Below, piece after piece: positions 27,228-42,339 of a DNA stretch of 64,000 nt. Position numbers and translations under genes: made by a program. The DNA is taken from contig OZ316895.1 of NCBI GenBank assembly GCA_973895155.1, positions 9,784,184-9,848,183 of the forward strand, read 5' to 3'. The notes beneath the pieces were generated by a model. It ran no database searches and had not been told where the DNA came from. It saw only the letters and a program-made list of their open reading frames with translations. Numbering within the stretch: position 1 is the first letter of the stretch; each line of letters opens with the position of its first letter. This DNA is from Marsupella aquatica (lineage: Eukaryota > Plantae > Marchantiophyta).

Positions 27228-30200
27228 TTTATTTAAAATTTGATTAATTTTTTCATTGTGGCAGGTATGGGAAGGTTAAAGGGTAGCTTGGGCATTTTTA
27301 AAAGGGGTGTATGGATAGATCTGACAGTGTGGAAAAAATTATGTTTTGATGAACATTCAAGATTGATTCTCACTTTTTTTAGTTTGTAAAGGGAGAGGAT
27401 CAGGATTATAGTGGTACATGGTAAAGGGAGGTCTCCTTGATAGTGCATTGCTAGAGACCCTCCCTATTTTCTTTGTACTATTAGATTCATTTTTTGCTTG
27501 GAAACATTGCTCTCCATTTTCATTCCCAATATTGATTTTTTGGTTTTATTTCTTCTGGTTGGTTAGATTCTTTCATGTTTTTCATGTTTGGGATATTGCA
27601 AATTTGAATGACTACCATGTTATAAAAAAATAACATTATATTATAGCTTTTGACATTCTCCCTATCATCTAACCTATTGTGTTTAATTAATCTATTTTAA
27701 TTAAATTACTATCATTATTATATTATGCAATATTGTAATACTTGCAATAATATATAGTATGACATGTATTATGTATTTTTGTATTTCTTGTGTATGGATC
27801 GGGAACCTACTTAATACTCATGCATGTGCATTCGCTCCCTTGTTTTGTGTGTCCCATTGGCTCCCTCCTTTGTGTGTCCCATTTTATTCCCCTCTTGTTT
27901 GGAATGCACTGATTACTTTTATGGTGCACACTAAATTTAATATAGTCTTTATTCCTTCTCTTTGACATGTTTAATGTTTTTTGGACACTGCAAATTTGTA
28001 TGAGGACCATTTCAAAAAAAGGCTCAACCTTGTATTATAGTTTAGAATGATGTGTCTACAAATACTGTTAGGTGCAGGTAACTAACACCTCCACTTACAT
28101 AAAGCTCCAAATCTTTACACCTCTAAAAACTAGTATATTATTGCTACACCTAAAAACCTTATTCGATAATACTGGTTTGTGTATGTTTTGCTTAGTCGGC
28201 ACACACTGCATTTCATCAGTGAGGGGCAATATCTTGCAAGTTGCAACATTGCTCATGGCCCCTACCTCTGTCTAGTTACATCATGCTCTTTGCAGTTGCA
28301 ATCAACCCAACCCAATACCATTGGTTCTTCTAATGTGCACAATTTCACACCAAAGATTGACCTAGTAACCCGCCTATTAACCATTCATTGCAATCAATGA
28401 TTGGTGGACCATGAGTTGAAACGTGACTCTAGACCAAAGAATTTCATGCTTTGCTTTCTCATTGAAGCCATCTCATCCCTGAGAATGGAAGATAATGTGC
28501 CAATGCATAAGCCTTTGGCATGGTTATGAGCTAGTTCCTTGTTAATCTTAACCACTACAAACTAAGGACTTTTTGTGAATGTTACAATCAAGATATGAAT
28601 TTCGAAGACCTCTCTAAACCATGACATTTGTGAAATGCCAAAAGTGCTCTCCCAGTAGTTAGATCTGCCTAATAAACTTTGGCCCATTGCAAACCTGGAT
28701 TAGTGTGGTGCAATTGCAATTTTGTTTACTCTCCTAACACAAATTAGAGTTTTCTAAAAAGAAACTATGTGTAAACAATGTTCCCTTGCCTCACCACTAT
28801 GCCATACTGTTCACCATGTGATTTTTCAGCCAGCAAGTTGCCAGCCCTTCCCAGGTGTGGACTCGAAATGGCTCCCCTCCCAGAGACATCACTTCCACTA
28901 ACCCATGCCCTGAGCCTGGCTGCAGGATCCAAGTGCAACTTGAACCCACTTTGGTCAGCCACAATTGATGTCTACCATGACAAACTTTGCAAATCAATGC
29001 CCACTGGCTGCTCCTGCTATAGTGCTGTTGGGTGAGTCCCTTCTTTTTGGTACACTAGTAAGACCTAGTTTCCAGGGCATTGTGGGCTGTCTTGCCCCCA
29101 AAAATGAACTCAGGTTTTGAGGGACTGTGTTTTTGCCCAAAGCACCAATTAAAGGGGTAATGTATTTAATCCTTGAAAGATTTCTCCCAATTGAAGACAA
29201 TTGAGCATAGCCCAAGTTGTAATATTACATTTTTCCTTGAAATTGTAATTTTACATTTTTAAATTGAAGATAGCACAAATTTACCTAGAGACAAGGAGAG
29301 GACAAATCTCAAAACCATAATGGAATTTTTTTCCCTAAAGTGCAATGAAAACCAAGAAGAAAACTCTTGGAGGGTTTATAGTTGGCTAGTAGGGGCTGAG
29401 CTTCAAGTGGTTGGCCCGTCGGTGGGGCAAGCTGGCAGTAAGGGGCTGGGCTGGGGAGCTGGGAAACAAGTTGGGCACAAGTGCATGGGCAGGTTTGGGT
29501 CAATTTACGGTTTATATTCCTACCAATAGGCCACCACCCCAGTCGCCACATCTTCCTCTCAAGGGGGCTTTCCAAGAACAAGAGGAGAAAAGAAAGAGGG
29601 CTCGTGTGTTTCATCACATTTGATCCATAAGACCATATAGATGTCTCGTGACCAAAAATGGTTGTCAGGTAATGCATCCAATATTGTATTGACAGAATGA
29701 GTGAGATAGATAGAGAGGTCATTTCAAAATACTGCTTCAAGAGGTAATCTAAACTTTGCCCAAAATTACTCTTCACTTAAACCACACGTTCCACTATGAA
29801 GCCCCATTCATGTACTATTGGGAGATGTACTGGACCAATGAACTCTCAGCTTCATGTACAACCAAAGTGGAAAAAGGTCAATCACTCAGTGGTTGTGATA
29901 ACATCTAAAAGTAAAATAGTGAAAATGATGGGTGAATCTTTGTGCTCAGTCAATTGTTGGAATCAATCTAAAAGAAAATATTTTTCAAGGAAAAATTTGT
30001 GAAATCACACAGAAAGGTAACAATCAGTCACAACACTTGAACCCAAGACCTATGAGTCTTCACTCTTGAACCCAAGACTTATGAGTCTCCACTCGGACAA
30101 GCTACCACTCACTCAGCCATGCCTCTTTGGGCAAAAAATAAAATCTTGGAAATGGCCCTCAATTTTTGTCCTCTCATTAGTATAAAGCCCCCTCAATTCC

Positions 30201-32012
30201 TTGGTCGACTCATCATTCCCGCTTCAAACAGAAAAAAGAAGAAGTGAAAATTAAGGCATCCCCTAGACGTCTTGGAACAGACTAGAAGGGACTTCACAAC
30301 GTATCAGTATCGGAGTGACTGCCAGCTCGAAAGGTAGATTTACTTGTCCCGCATGAAGGAAGCATTTTGGGCTTCCTGATGCTTTGCACGTCCAGACCCC
30401 AACAAACCCAACATGCACAGGTGCGCACCCGGTCGTGCCAGGAGAGGAGAAATGGAGAGAGGGCAACATAGTGTTGGGGGACCACGCGATGAATTAGAAG
30501 GAGCGTTCCTGCCTAAATTAGCCACTTCTTTTTCTGAGACCCCGTTCTTCACAATCCAATGCTTATCCTTATATTTACGAAGATTAGAGTAAGAAAGTTC
30601 TCAGAATCGTCTAGTTAATGGCAGGTGACATTCGGCCGCACTGTGGATGATGGGAAAAAACCCTTAATTAAGAAAGTAAATTAAAAAAAATAAGCTGCAG
30701 CGCACCAACCTCATGTACACAGGGGAAAAACATTGTCGTGTGACGGGACGCGACGAATTCGCCTGCTCTCGTGTCGTGGGACTGGACGGGATCGCGGGCC
30801 TAGTGGACCTTATCTGAAGCGTCCATCGTGGATCTTCCCAGTCGAATCGGATCTTGGACGGCTTAGATCCGTTACCCGCCGACGTTCCTTTCCGATGCAG
30901 CCCACCCTCCGGACGGAGTGACGGTTAGGGCGAAGAACGAGAGCGAGGGAGAGAGGTTTCTTTCGAGACAAACTTTTAGGGTTTCCTACCATTCTGCTAC
31001 TTTTCTTCGTAATGGTCGGGTTATGTCACGTTTCCAGGAATTGGGGGGTGGGGGGATGGGGGAGACAAAGATGAGAAGAATGATTGCGGCGAGGCAGCCG
31101 GACGTTCGGACGTGATCACTGTTTCGACTCTGTAGCACAATCCGGAGAGGAAATTGATGAGAATTGTCGCGCACGAAAATTGACTACTATGATATGCTAT
31201 ACGTGCGTGTATACCGCCTCCGCATTCCTGACAGAGAGCATCAAGGGTTGGGTGGTGGATGGCTTCTGGATCGGCGGGTGTGCTGATAAAGTGCAGGAGA
31301 GTGGTATTGACGTGTTTCGAATCTCAGTCAGTCCTGGTTACTGTGAAGAACTTGTCAATTGTGGACTTGTTGTTTTTTTTGCCATGAACTTCCAAGTCAC
31401 GAAGGAGAATCGTGCAATGAGAAAAGTGGTGGTCCGTGGAGGGTCCAAAGGGACCAGAAGGCCCAGTCTGGACTCTTGCAGGGTCGGGTCTCAGACGAAG
31501 AAGTGTCCTTGCGTAGCGTTCGGTAACGTTTCTCTGTTCGTTTGGAGAGGACGGTAATGCGGAGGAGCTCCGAACCGAATCAAAGGTGAACCATTCATTC
31601 TCGTCGTGATTCTCCTCTGGTGCACTGGATCACCGCACCAGAGAGACTCTCCTCGTGAATGTGTTGTTCGCCAATTTATCGGGCATGGCACGGCACGTCA
31701 CGGCACGGCACAGCAAGAACCCATGGAGAATGATGAAATCGGACTCACGTGTTATTGGAGACATGGAGAATTGTGCTCTCACTTTCGGAGGGGTCGACGT
31801 GCAACAAGCGTAGTGGCCATCATATGGTCTTTATTCGAAAAGTCTTGAGGGGAGCAAAGGCGACAGAGAGTCTCTCAGAAGAAGAAAGATCTTCTGATCC
31901 CGAAAGTTGTGAAGTCTGAGAATGGTAGTAAAAATTCGGAAGTGCGTCGATAGCATGCGTAGATGATCTCGGGTATTCTCTATTTGAATAACAGACTTAA
32001 GGGGGCCGGCAC

Positions 32013-35000
32013 ATGCTCTCCTCTCAGAAGAAGGAGGTTCTGTCGCCGCAGAAAGATGTAAAGTTAGACAACAACAATACACAGAAAGATGTAAAGCTAG
32101 ACAACAACAATACAAATAAATGGTATGCTTTCTACAAGGAGAAATTCGGCTCCCCCAGCAGACGCACGGCGAGCATCAACCTTAACAAACTACCGCATCA
32201 TCATAGGCCGCCGCCATCTGAGCTTGTCGCTTTGCTTTCAAATAGAAAGAAAGGGCTTGCCCAGACCAACAGCCCGAATGAGCAGCAGAAGAGGGGACGC
32301 AGTAGTATGAAAGGGAATGATTCCTCATCTATTGTGCTGCCCCTGACTTTTAAAAGGATCCCGTCATACGACGAAGAACGAAGAAAAAGCCCCGTCCGCG
32401 TCCTGGGAGGCGCAGGAGGCAACAGAGATGGCAAGCCCGGTATTGGAAGAAGCATCAGTTCCAAGAATATAGACAATAATTTAGATCCCCGACGTCGAAC
32501 TAGTGTAACTTCTAAAGACTTGGACAACATTTACATTCCATCTTCCAGAGCTTATGGTAGTGGAGAGCCTGTTGGGAGGGCCTTGCCAGCAGCAGGAAGG
32601 CCGTCAGGGTCCTCAGTAACCACCGGCTCGTCTGCAGCTCAAGAATTGTACAAACGATACGATTCCCTTTCATCACACCAACCACCCGAATCAGTCCGAG
32701 GCCCCGCCCAAGGTAGAAGGAGACAGTCTACTAGCGGCACAACATCTGCGGGACCAATTTCTTACTCAGAAGAGAAGATCACCTGCGGGAAGAGTCCCCA
32801 GACTAAAACGCTATCCAACAGCAGCAAAGTGAGGAAGCCAAGTTATAGTAGTAGTAGTGGTGGCTTTGGTGGCTACCCAAACCCAAGTGAAGGAAGAAGA
32901 GCTGCCGCTGGTCCTTCCTTTCCCGAAGAGTCCTCATCGGGGAGCTCGAATGAGTCACTGGGTAAAGCACCAGACAATAGCGCTAGCCAAAGAAACAGGC
33001 TTGTTCCACCTGTGGATGAATCTAAGAATAATGATGACAACAGTAGCTGTTCATCCTCCGGGTCTGTCTCTCCCCATTCTCTCAACTCCAGATTGACTGA
33101 AATGAAATTTCTAAATTTTGATCCACCAAGTCAACACCAGCAGCAAGAACAAGGTAGAAGGCTCTCAGCTACCGGTGACCCTCAATTACTCGCTGGGTCT
33201 TCCGATTCTAACAGGAGACTAAGCACGTCTAATAATTTCAGCCGAGCAGGATCCAGTTTGGCTGGTGGTATGCAGAATTACTCGGGTGGTAGTAATAGGA
33301 ACAGCAGCCAGTACACTGGTAGCGGCAGTGGCAGTAGCAGGGATGTTCATGGGCTGGTTGGCCTTGTCAATGAAGGAAACACCTGTTATCTCAACAGCTG
33401 CTTGCAATGCTTGGCGCATTCTATGCCCCTGGCATCTGCTGTTCAGGGTCCTATTGAATCCCTTGTGGTGCAGAGACGAGGGAGTGGTAGTCGAGCTGGG
33501 ACGTCAGAGAGGGACTTTTCTAGCTTGGCTGAGTTGCTTGCCTATGCTTTTAGGCAGGTCGTGAGAGATTTATGGCAAAGACCGGCTTTTTCAGCAACTA
33601 GTGCCAGAATGTTTCTGCAGTGTGTGCAGGCCTGGGCTCCTCAATTCGCTGGCCATTCGCAACACGACGCACAGGTTGGTTCTCCCCGCTAAAAGAGGCT
33701 TGACGTCAAGGTGTTTTCTTTCATTCCATTATTCGTTCAATACATTGCTTCAATTCACTCATTCCAAAGGCACCCCACAAACTTCATCCACGCCACAATT
33801 CTCACTAGACAATCTAGCTATCGTTGACTGATAGTTGTTGTCATGTCATGTCTGTGACGTTGGTTCACTGAAAGATGCCGCCGATGAGCTCAGTTCTCAT
33901 CTCAGTATGCGCACATTTTCTTCCAGGAGGTTTTGAGGTCTATTCTTGACGGGCTTCACGAAGCGTTGAACAGAGTTACTACGGCTCCACCTTACCGAGA
34001 TCTCTATCTTGAACCCAAACCAGAAGAAGAACTAGCAGAATTGACTTGGAGGTACCATAAGTTGTGTCAAGACTCTATCATTCAAGATATTTTCTGTGGT
34101 AAGAATCTCAATGTTCCGAGCTTGCTATCGAAGTATTTGTTTGCGTCCAGATCTGATTGCAGTGAAACTAAGATTTAAGTCTTTCTTTGCTTCTGCACAC
34201 CTTCAAGTCTGAAAAGACGGCAACACTGCATGCACGACATTAGGCTATCAGTAAATCTAGTGACAGGTGTACAAAGTTTTCTTGCTGGTAATCGTATGCA
34301 AGCGAAAGGATGAGTCAAGGAAATTAGTCTTTTGGGGAAGCATCATGCTAGCTGTTGTGAGCGTTGCGAAATGGCCATTGACAACATGTCGATTAGATAC
34401 CATCTGAGTGAAAAGAGCTGAGACAGAAGCAGTGATTATTCATTGAATTCGAACTTAATGACCGAAGTCGTTCTAAATGAAGGTGCACTTGCGGTAAATT
34501 CAGCATGGCCGAATTTTTCGCTCAACACATCTGCTGGAATTTTTCCTTCACTTCTTGGCCTGTCCCTTCTCACCGCTCATTGTTCTGATGTCCACTTCCA
34601 GGGCAGCTGCAAAGCACCATAGAGTGCTGCACGTGTCACCGGCAATCCCACTGTTTTGATCCTTTCCATGATCTCTCTCTACCACTCCCTAAAAATGAGC
34701 GAGAAAGAAGCATGAGGGATTCGTTCAGAGGTGGGAATTCCCGATCTAGGGTGACGCTCCAAGATTGCCTCTCAGCATTTGTGACACCAGAGCAGCTTGA
34801 AGGAAGCAATAAGTACTACTGCCCTAGTTGTAAGGTAAGAGACAAATTCTCTTACCGTCATAGCTTTTGTTTTTTGTTAGTGTAAGATGTCCCTGTATCT
34901 AGATATCTCGATCAATTCTCTTTGAACTACACAGCACAGATCTGTGAACTGAACAGTTTACGGTACTTACATGAAATTAGCTTGCCAGGTTTCACTTTTA

Positions 35001-36181
35001 CCAAGGAGTCATGCACCGCTCAAATGCTCTACGAGAGTGTTTTTGATAGGATCTTTGGACTTGGACCGGTGATCAGTTGGAATTCAATTCAATTCAAATC
35101 AAACACTACGTATCCCTTACCTAGAAGACAGTCGGGTTAGACCGAACATGACGCTGTCATTTTGCAGGCTCCCCGGACATCAATGAAGAAGTTGACCCTT
35201 TATCGACTTCCTCCAATACTCGTCCTTCATATTAAGGTTCTCAACCAATAAGCAGCTATTTGCTTGGAATTTTATAGAGGCGTTACAGAATAATGTAATC
35301 TGGGTTTGCAAAGCAATTAGCGACCTTGTCTAATAATCATCACCGAACACGCTGTTCAGCTTCGGGAGTATCTGCCACAGATTGAGTTTTGTTAATCAAT
35401 CAACGCTGTTAGGAATCTTAAGGAAACGTAACACAAGTCTATGTTCAACCTTACTTCGGGTGTGTAGAACCATGAGAAAAATTTGAAATGCTTCACAAGT
35501 GTTTACCGTGATGGTCATTCTAGAGCGTTTCCATGAAACCATGTCCCTCCCAATTTGCCGATGTTGAAAACCAGGATCACACTTGAGTCCCATGCACCCG
35601 CCATGGGGACCCTTCGAAAGATCGCATGAAAGGAGTCTTCGTGTTGGCATCCTCTGGGGATTCCTCATGGATGTTTTTTCCACTGTGTTGCAGCGATTCT
35701 ACAAATCAGAACGGTTTTCATATCAAAAGGACGACACGCCAGTGTACTATCCTCTCCAGGGACTTGACTTCACAGATTTTCTTTCGTAAGTGGGAACTTC
35801 GTCTTCTGTTGGCTTTAACGTTTCTTTGCTGAAATCGTTCCGTTTTAGGTTCAGTTCTAAAAACATTTTCAACGACCTTGATATATTAGCACGTGGCAGT
35901 TTAACTCGTGTGAAGAGGGAATAGAGCCACTAATCTCTTCATTTCGTTAACTGATGAACAGAGCCAGGGCACGAAAGGTTCGGCGAGGAGGAGTTTTGTA
36001 TGATTTGTACAGTGTGTGCTGTCATATGGGCTCATTGGGTTGTGGGCATTATACAGCACAATGCAGGAACTGCGAAAATGATAATTGGTATTGTTTTAAC
36101 GATTCATCTGTGAGTCCCATGCAAGATGCGGCTGTCCTAAGTTCTTCTGCATATATTCTGTTCTATCAACAGCGATCGTAA
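32013..36181 (+). CDS. Ubiquitin-specific protease (peptidase C19, USP2/8/21-like catalytic domain) with a long Ser/Gly-rich disordered N-terminus, about 815 aa
   Basis: Exons 32013-33674, 33927-34098, 34602-34834, 35168-35236, 35694-35785 and 35962-36181 in frame (2448 nt). Cys box GLVNEGNTCYLNSCLQCL, QHDAQE, GQLQSTIECCTC, LPPILVLHIKRF, His box HMGSLGCGHYTA and WYCFNDSSV. Confidence 0.95.
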
Positions 36182-37464
36182 TTCCACAGCTTGGATCCAA
36201 AGGACACTGTAGTGGAAATAAGGACACTGGAGTGGAAATTGTCCGACAAGGACAGATGGAGCCAGTCATTTCTAGGTACATTTAGGAGATTCTGTGCCAA
36301 CTGCAAGTTTGTGCTTGCTTGTACACGTGTGCTGAATTGCTTGAAAAACGGCTTGGCATAAATTGTACTTTAAATGGTTGGGCAAACTTGCGGAACAGTG
36401 GCCCTGTAGTAAAGGGTGATATCTAGGGACTGAGGCTCCCGGGATATCCATCAGTCGGAGTAGGACTGAGGCTCCCGGGAGAACTTTTGGTTTTGGCAAT
36501 GTGAGTGCAGGCTCACATCGGTTTTAGATTGTACATTTACATTTGTGGCAGAGTTGATAGGGAAATTGAGTAGATCATTGACATCCCTGTGGGACATAAA
36601 TTCATGGATTTTGGGACCACCAATTCAGTTTGTTAAGAGTCTCCTCCAATTTTCTCATCACTCGTATGTTGATTCACTTACACAGAAGAGGCTTGTCGTG
36701 CCTCTAATCGTTACCCTACAATTGGTTTGCAAAGAAGATAAATCAGGAAGCCATGATTGATCCATTGTGAAGTCCATCAAGGTTCTGCTCAAACTTCATA
36801 ACAGTTCGGACTCGAAGAGAAAAAGCTGTTGCAAAGCTGAGATCAAATCTGTGCGCCCTTCAGAACGACACATCGCTATTCAAGAACGAGGCATTTAGAT
36901 TCTGTCTGTGCTGTCACGTGTTACACAAGAGCCAGAAAAATGCCCACCAGACATGCTAGCAACAGGAAAGCATGCATTGTCATCAGCAACAAATCTAACA
37001 GACTCTACATCCTGAAAAGACGATGATTAGCTCTCCAATTGCCTCGGGCAGCATTACGACGCGTTTCTTGTGTTGGCTGCCCTTTTCTTGGTTTCTGGTT
37101 CAGAATCACAGATACATCTAGATCCTGCAGACTGATATCCCACATCGACGTGAAGACAAAATCTTTCAATAATACACTTGAGAAATAAATGGGAAGGTCG
37201 ACAGCTGTCGAAAACCTCTGGGTCCCTGTCAGAACTCCAGTACAGATACAAAAAAGGTCGCATTATGCACCTGAAAAAAAATCCTCAGACCCTGGACCAG
37301 CTGAAACTATTGTTACGCAGCTTTGAAACACAGGGCGTCCTGCAATTGTAGGGTTTGTCGGACCTCTCTAAACACTACCTCATTACAAGAAGGACCCTTT
37401 GAGGGTAAGTATGCTAGAAGGACAAACTGAACCTTCCTAATTCCTTCACAGATTTTGAAATTGA

Positions 37465-40400
37465 TCAATAACCATAACTGCTGTTGTAATGCGATGGATA
37501 TTGCGCTGGCGTCGTAAGTCCCGTATTGGTTGTTGCCGTGGTGTGCATGGAATTTTGGTTCGCATAATTTGGGTATGGATTTGGATCTACTGCGTTGTAC
37601 GAGGGAGGAGCTGGTGGTGCTCCCGTTGCTCCAGCCATGAAATTCTGTAAAATTTAAGACATTCAGGAAAATATGAGCTGGTTCCCTGCGCAGATGTAAT
37701 GTCACCTCTACAAAACAACATTGATTCTGGTAAATCTCGAGTCTACGGTGGAAGACATAGAAAAGTGAAATGAAAAAATTGACCATGACAAATTGAAAGA
37801 ATGGACGCGGCTCGCCAGAAGAAGATTCGTCCCCCTTGAGTACAAAATCCAGCTGAAGTATCGTGAATACACTGATTTCAAAAAGGACATAGCTTCTTCG
37901 ACAAGTCTATATATTTGTCATCGGCTGGAAATCACTTTGAGGAAGTGAAAGGTCCGCAAGTTATTCGAATAGGTAACTATATAATGAAATGAAGCAACAA
38001 GTGCCAGGTATGAGTGAATGTGTAAGAAACAGCAATACTTACCCCTGTGATGTCTGTCCTCGATTAGGAACTGACAACACAAAAGATCTGGATCTCTAGC
38101 TTGAAAAGATGAATGGGTTCAGATAACTCTGGATCAACTTGGTAGAATTTACTCCATCTGAACTATTAATACAAACATAAGACGCGCAATTGGGTACCTG
38201 AATCAGTTGCTGAGCAGTCTGCACTTGAGCTGCACTACCGTGAATTTCAACTGTCATCTCTCCAGGGACACCACGAGTCTCCTGAATAGTTAGAGTAGCT
38301 CCACTTGTGCTCCGCATGTAACTTATGTTGGCGCCAGCCGTGCCAATAATGGCATCAGCATATGACAGTGGAATTTGCATATGTTGTGTCATCTGCAAAA
38401 ACTAATTCTTAGCTCTGTTAAACGGTCGCTGAAGCCTCAATCTCACATGTCGTCCAAAATGTCTTGTGCCGACAATTACACAAGATGCAACCCGTAAATC
38501 CTAAAAGAACCTTTCACCATCAATACTAGCTCAATAGAGTTTGGATATTATAAATGAGATGACTGACCTGTGTAATGACTGGAGCGGGCGGGGGAGCAGC
38601 CACTGAGTTTGGAGGTGCTGCGACACCAGGATCTCGACCATACATGGTAACACCATGGTGATGATGATGAGAATCGTGTTGGATAATCTCTGGGGCACTT
38701 TGATAATAGTTGAGGTTATCATTGGGTGCTGCAGCACCTCCATAGTGTGAATTGTTGCTTAAACCTCCAAGCCCGCCTCCACTGTTGGACAAGGAATTAG
38801 ATGTGGAGTGACCCGGCCAAGACTGTTGTTGACTTGGCTGGTGTTGAGATTGACTAGCTGTCACTGCACGCTGCTGTTCATAGTCCAACCTAAAAAAATC
38901 AGTTGGGTGGGTGATGCACGAAGATCGTGCACAATATTACCCAAAATCAGGCCAAATCAAGACAAAACACACTCACGCACGCATAATGTGCATGTGACGA
39001 TAAACGCAAGAGCTGCACATGTGGCGCGTACATTGAGTTCAAATAGGGAAAGGACACTTCGATCGACCAAAAACTTCCGCAAATGGGACACCACCAATTC
39101 CATTGCTCTGTGGACATTTCGAGCCTCTCCTTGAATCTCTACCACCCTGTCATCAGATAGTGCACACAAGGGGAGCTCCTCTGCAAACAGATATGACGGC
39201 AACGATGAACACAATCGAACGGAAAAACTTTAAAATCTACAGTAATGCTATCAGCATTGAATCTCCCTCCACCCGCCAATCTATGACACATCACTTCTTC
39301 TAATTATCTGGTCAGTGGTTCCAAAAGCTAGTCCAGTAGGTATGCAGAATCACAAAAAAATCACCAGCAACAACAGAAAAAATGCAATAAAAAGGAAGCC
39401 GGTTTCAAGTGAATTGGACACACAACTCGCCTCCACAAGACAAACATGGATTATCAAACAATAAAGCATAGCAGCAAATCACACGTCTACACACTTGGCG
39501 ACTATGAGTTGTTGGCAGAACCACCATTGGCAACCCCAAAAATGACATCTCACGTCATTGAGACCTGGAGGTATCACTTTCAGATACAGCGCCTTCACCC
39601 GCTTTCCTGAACTACACATTCAATACCCTTGACGAATACGCTTCAAATCTATTTGACAGCATAATATCCTACAAAGGTTCTCTGCTTCTGCATTGTCATA
39701 TTATGTTGGCTAGATTGGATTTAAACCACAAATCGTTTAATTCCAAGTGGCACTTCTATAGCGCACATACTCGTAGAAAGACCATTAAAACATGGAACTG
39801 CTCGGATTTCAATGCAGTTTGACGTTATATTAAGGGTGAACACATCTTGAGCTCGTTACGCTTTCCTGAAATATAACAGCTGTGGTCCACGGCTTCCATA
39901 GGAAAACTTGACAGGTATGCAATCTCTCCAGTGTGGCTGTGAATTTGGGATATGGTTTGTTACAATTTAATTTCGAAGAGGGACCTTGCATACCACTGTT
40001 TGGGCTCGTGTAGAGTGTATAGCCCCAGTGTGGCATTCCGGAATAAGAATCTAAGAGTTCCATTCTATCACTACGTAACTGCCTTACGACCACCACATGA
40101 GAGAATCAGAAAGGATTTAAAAGTCCGATATCTTCCTTACCTGGAGGGAGAACTCGAACAGTTGCACCCGAGGCATCCTGAATGGACTTGATCGTGGCTC
40201 CCTGTCGCCCAATCAGACTGCCAGCTTGTGTGGCTGCTACTAGTAAACGTGAAGAAACTGTACCACCACCGGCTCGGGGCTCAGTATGTCCATCTTCCCC
40301 GTCTGGATCAGATCCTTCGACTACGCGTCGGTGGACTCGGAGTAAGCCGTCCATAGCGGGTGAAATAGCCACATCAGGATCTTCCCTGGCCGAAACGAGC

Positions 40401-40884
40401 ACCTGGATTGCAATCCCATATCCACTTCATCAATTCTTCACCCATCTCGTCCCAAAAATGGAACATTGAACAAATGACATCCCAGTGCAACGTGGAAGGT
40501 CAATAATTTCAACTTTGCAATGAACCAGTACTGCTCTCAAAATAAGTCTCTATATCAAGAAACCCGAGTTAAGAGGCATACGATGCGTTCTGAAGTTCCA
40601 GGGACACCTTCAAGAATCTTAATTCGTGCACGTGTCTCCTCGCACATTTTCTTCACAAATTCACCTTTGCGTCCAATGATACCGCCCACTTTCTGAACTG
40701 GGACGACTAGGCGGAAGACGTTGTCCCCCGGCCATCCAGCCCACTTCTTGTCGCCACCTGCCTCTTCCTCTCGCCCCCTCTTTTGCTGCGGAGTCAGAGG
40801 TGGAGGACGATGTTCTGGTACCGACCGTATTGCAGCCGGAGGTTCTTGTTCAGGAAGGACTGCCGCTACTGCTTCGGTTGCCAT
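37465..40884 (-). CDS. Triple KH-domain RNA-binding protein, FLK/PEPPER-like, about 463 aa
   Basis: Exons 40884-40582, 40402-40141, 39180-39032, 38870-38568 (NAGNAG alternative start 38873), 38392-38198 and 37644-37465 in frame. Motifs [24 protein letters not shown] and [17 protein letters not shown]. Confidence 0.93.
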
Positions 40885-41409
40885 TTGGGATTCAATCCTA
40901 GAATAATATGCCACATTTGGATGATGCAATCATGCTGAACGAAAAAACTTATTGACACAGAAGCCTCTATGTGCTACAACGTTGGACTTCGTCAGGTCGC
41001 GCGGAAAACCAGTGACAGTCAGATGCAAAGAAATTTGAAGCTCAGCTTACATCTCTCAGATGAGTACAAACTACTGTAAGCATTGCAGAAAGAATCGGTC
41101 GGGTCTAGCCAGGAGGCAAAAGTTAAAAATGAAACCTCGATTCGGATTAACAGTAGGCGAGAGAGTGATGACCACCCCACACCCCCCTTCGTGCCCAAAC
41201 TAAGAACTAGGTCCAGGAGAGAAGAGAGATGTGAAAGTATCTACTAAGGATCATGAAGCAGGGGCTTCCAGAAGGCAGAATCAGTGAAGATGAGAATGTG
41301 ATTGCCAATGACATCTTCACCTTCTACTCGGAGCTCCGCAGGTTGGGGAGCGCAACGTCTTAAGGGAGGAAGCCATGGCGCTAGTCGCCGACAAGGTCTT
41401 CCCAGACTA

Positions 41410-41820
41410 AACCAAGCTGTTGCTCTTCAGCCGAGCGAGGCCGAGATTGAGAAGGAGGTTTTGCACTCCCCAAAGCAAAAAGCACCAGGGATTGACGGGG
41501 TCGCAGTTGATATGTTAACTAAAAGGAAAGGGACTGCATAAAGTTGGCCTGCACAGATGATACAGTCATGCCTATTGGAAAGACTGGAAGCTCACAACCT
41601 GGGCATCTGCTGGAGTAATCAAACTTATACCGAAGAATCAAGACGCTCATCAACTCTGGAGGCCACTGACCATGCTCACTTTGACAGAAAAAGTGATTAA
41701 GCTCCGGTTGATGACAAGCAACAGACGAGTTTTCTAGAAGGAATACTGAACAGTCTGACCTATGAGCTAGCTCAAGAGATGGTACCGACTAGTTAGCCTC
41801 CTCTAGTGTTTCTCAAATAG
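41410..41820 (+). mobile_element. Degenerate LINE (L1/Tx1-like) reverse-transcriptase fragment
   Basis: Frame-broken motifs PSEAEIEKEV...KAPGIDG, GVIKLIPK...WRPLTMLT, VDDKQQTSFLEG and VFLK appear in the correct order. Confidence 0.85.
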
Positions 41821-42339
41821 CTACAGGAAAGACAGCAAGACAGTAACGGCTAAGGTGGCGGAGAACTCCCCACCAAGAGACATAAGTCTAGTAGATGTAA
41901 GAGTGTAGACTACACTAGCCCCATTACCCGTTCAATAAATAGATACAAAGCAAAATAATCTTCCATAATATATTTTTTATGTTATTTTATCTAATCTTTG
42001 TCCCATCCTTGTGTTTGGTCCACCCTCATTTCAGGTTTGTCTATCCTCATTTAAATTTTGTTCACTTTTGTCTCTATGAAGGGTTATGGTCTAGAGGCCT
42101 ATAGACCCTAGGCCCTTAAGAGTAGACTTCGTTAGGGCTTTCATAGTAAGATTTAAGAACTAAAGGAATCTGTAATGTAATGGAATGCACTGCCAGGAGA
42201 GACCACTTCTGCAAAGGCTACACTTGAGAGGCAGTCACACTCTTTTGTTTCCATGGTCTACAATCCAGATTAGTTCCTAAAATCCAGGGGGATTTGCATA
42301 AGGGTGGGGTATAGGGAAGGGTGAATACTAATAGCTCTA

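Noticed and set aside
28700-30100. Possible decayed transposon coding region
   Set aside because: No diagnostic transposase or RT motif, termini or TSD could be identified by eye.
30733-31850. Several ORFs upstream of the USP gene
   Set aside because: No motifs; most likely the long 5' leader or intron of the USP gene.
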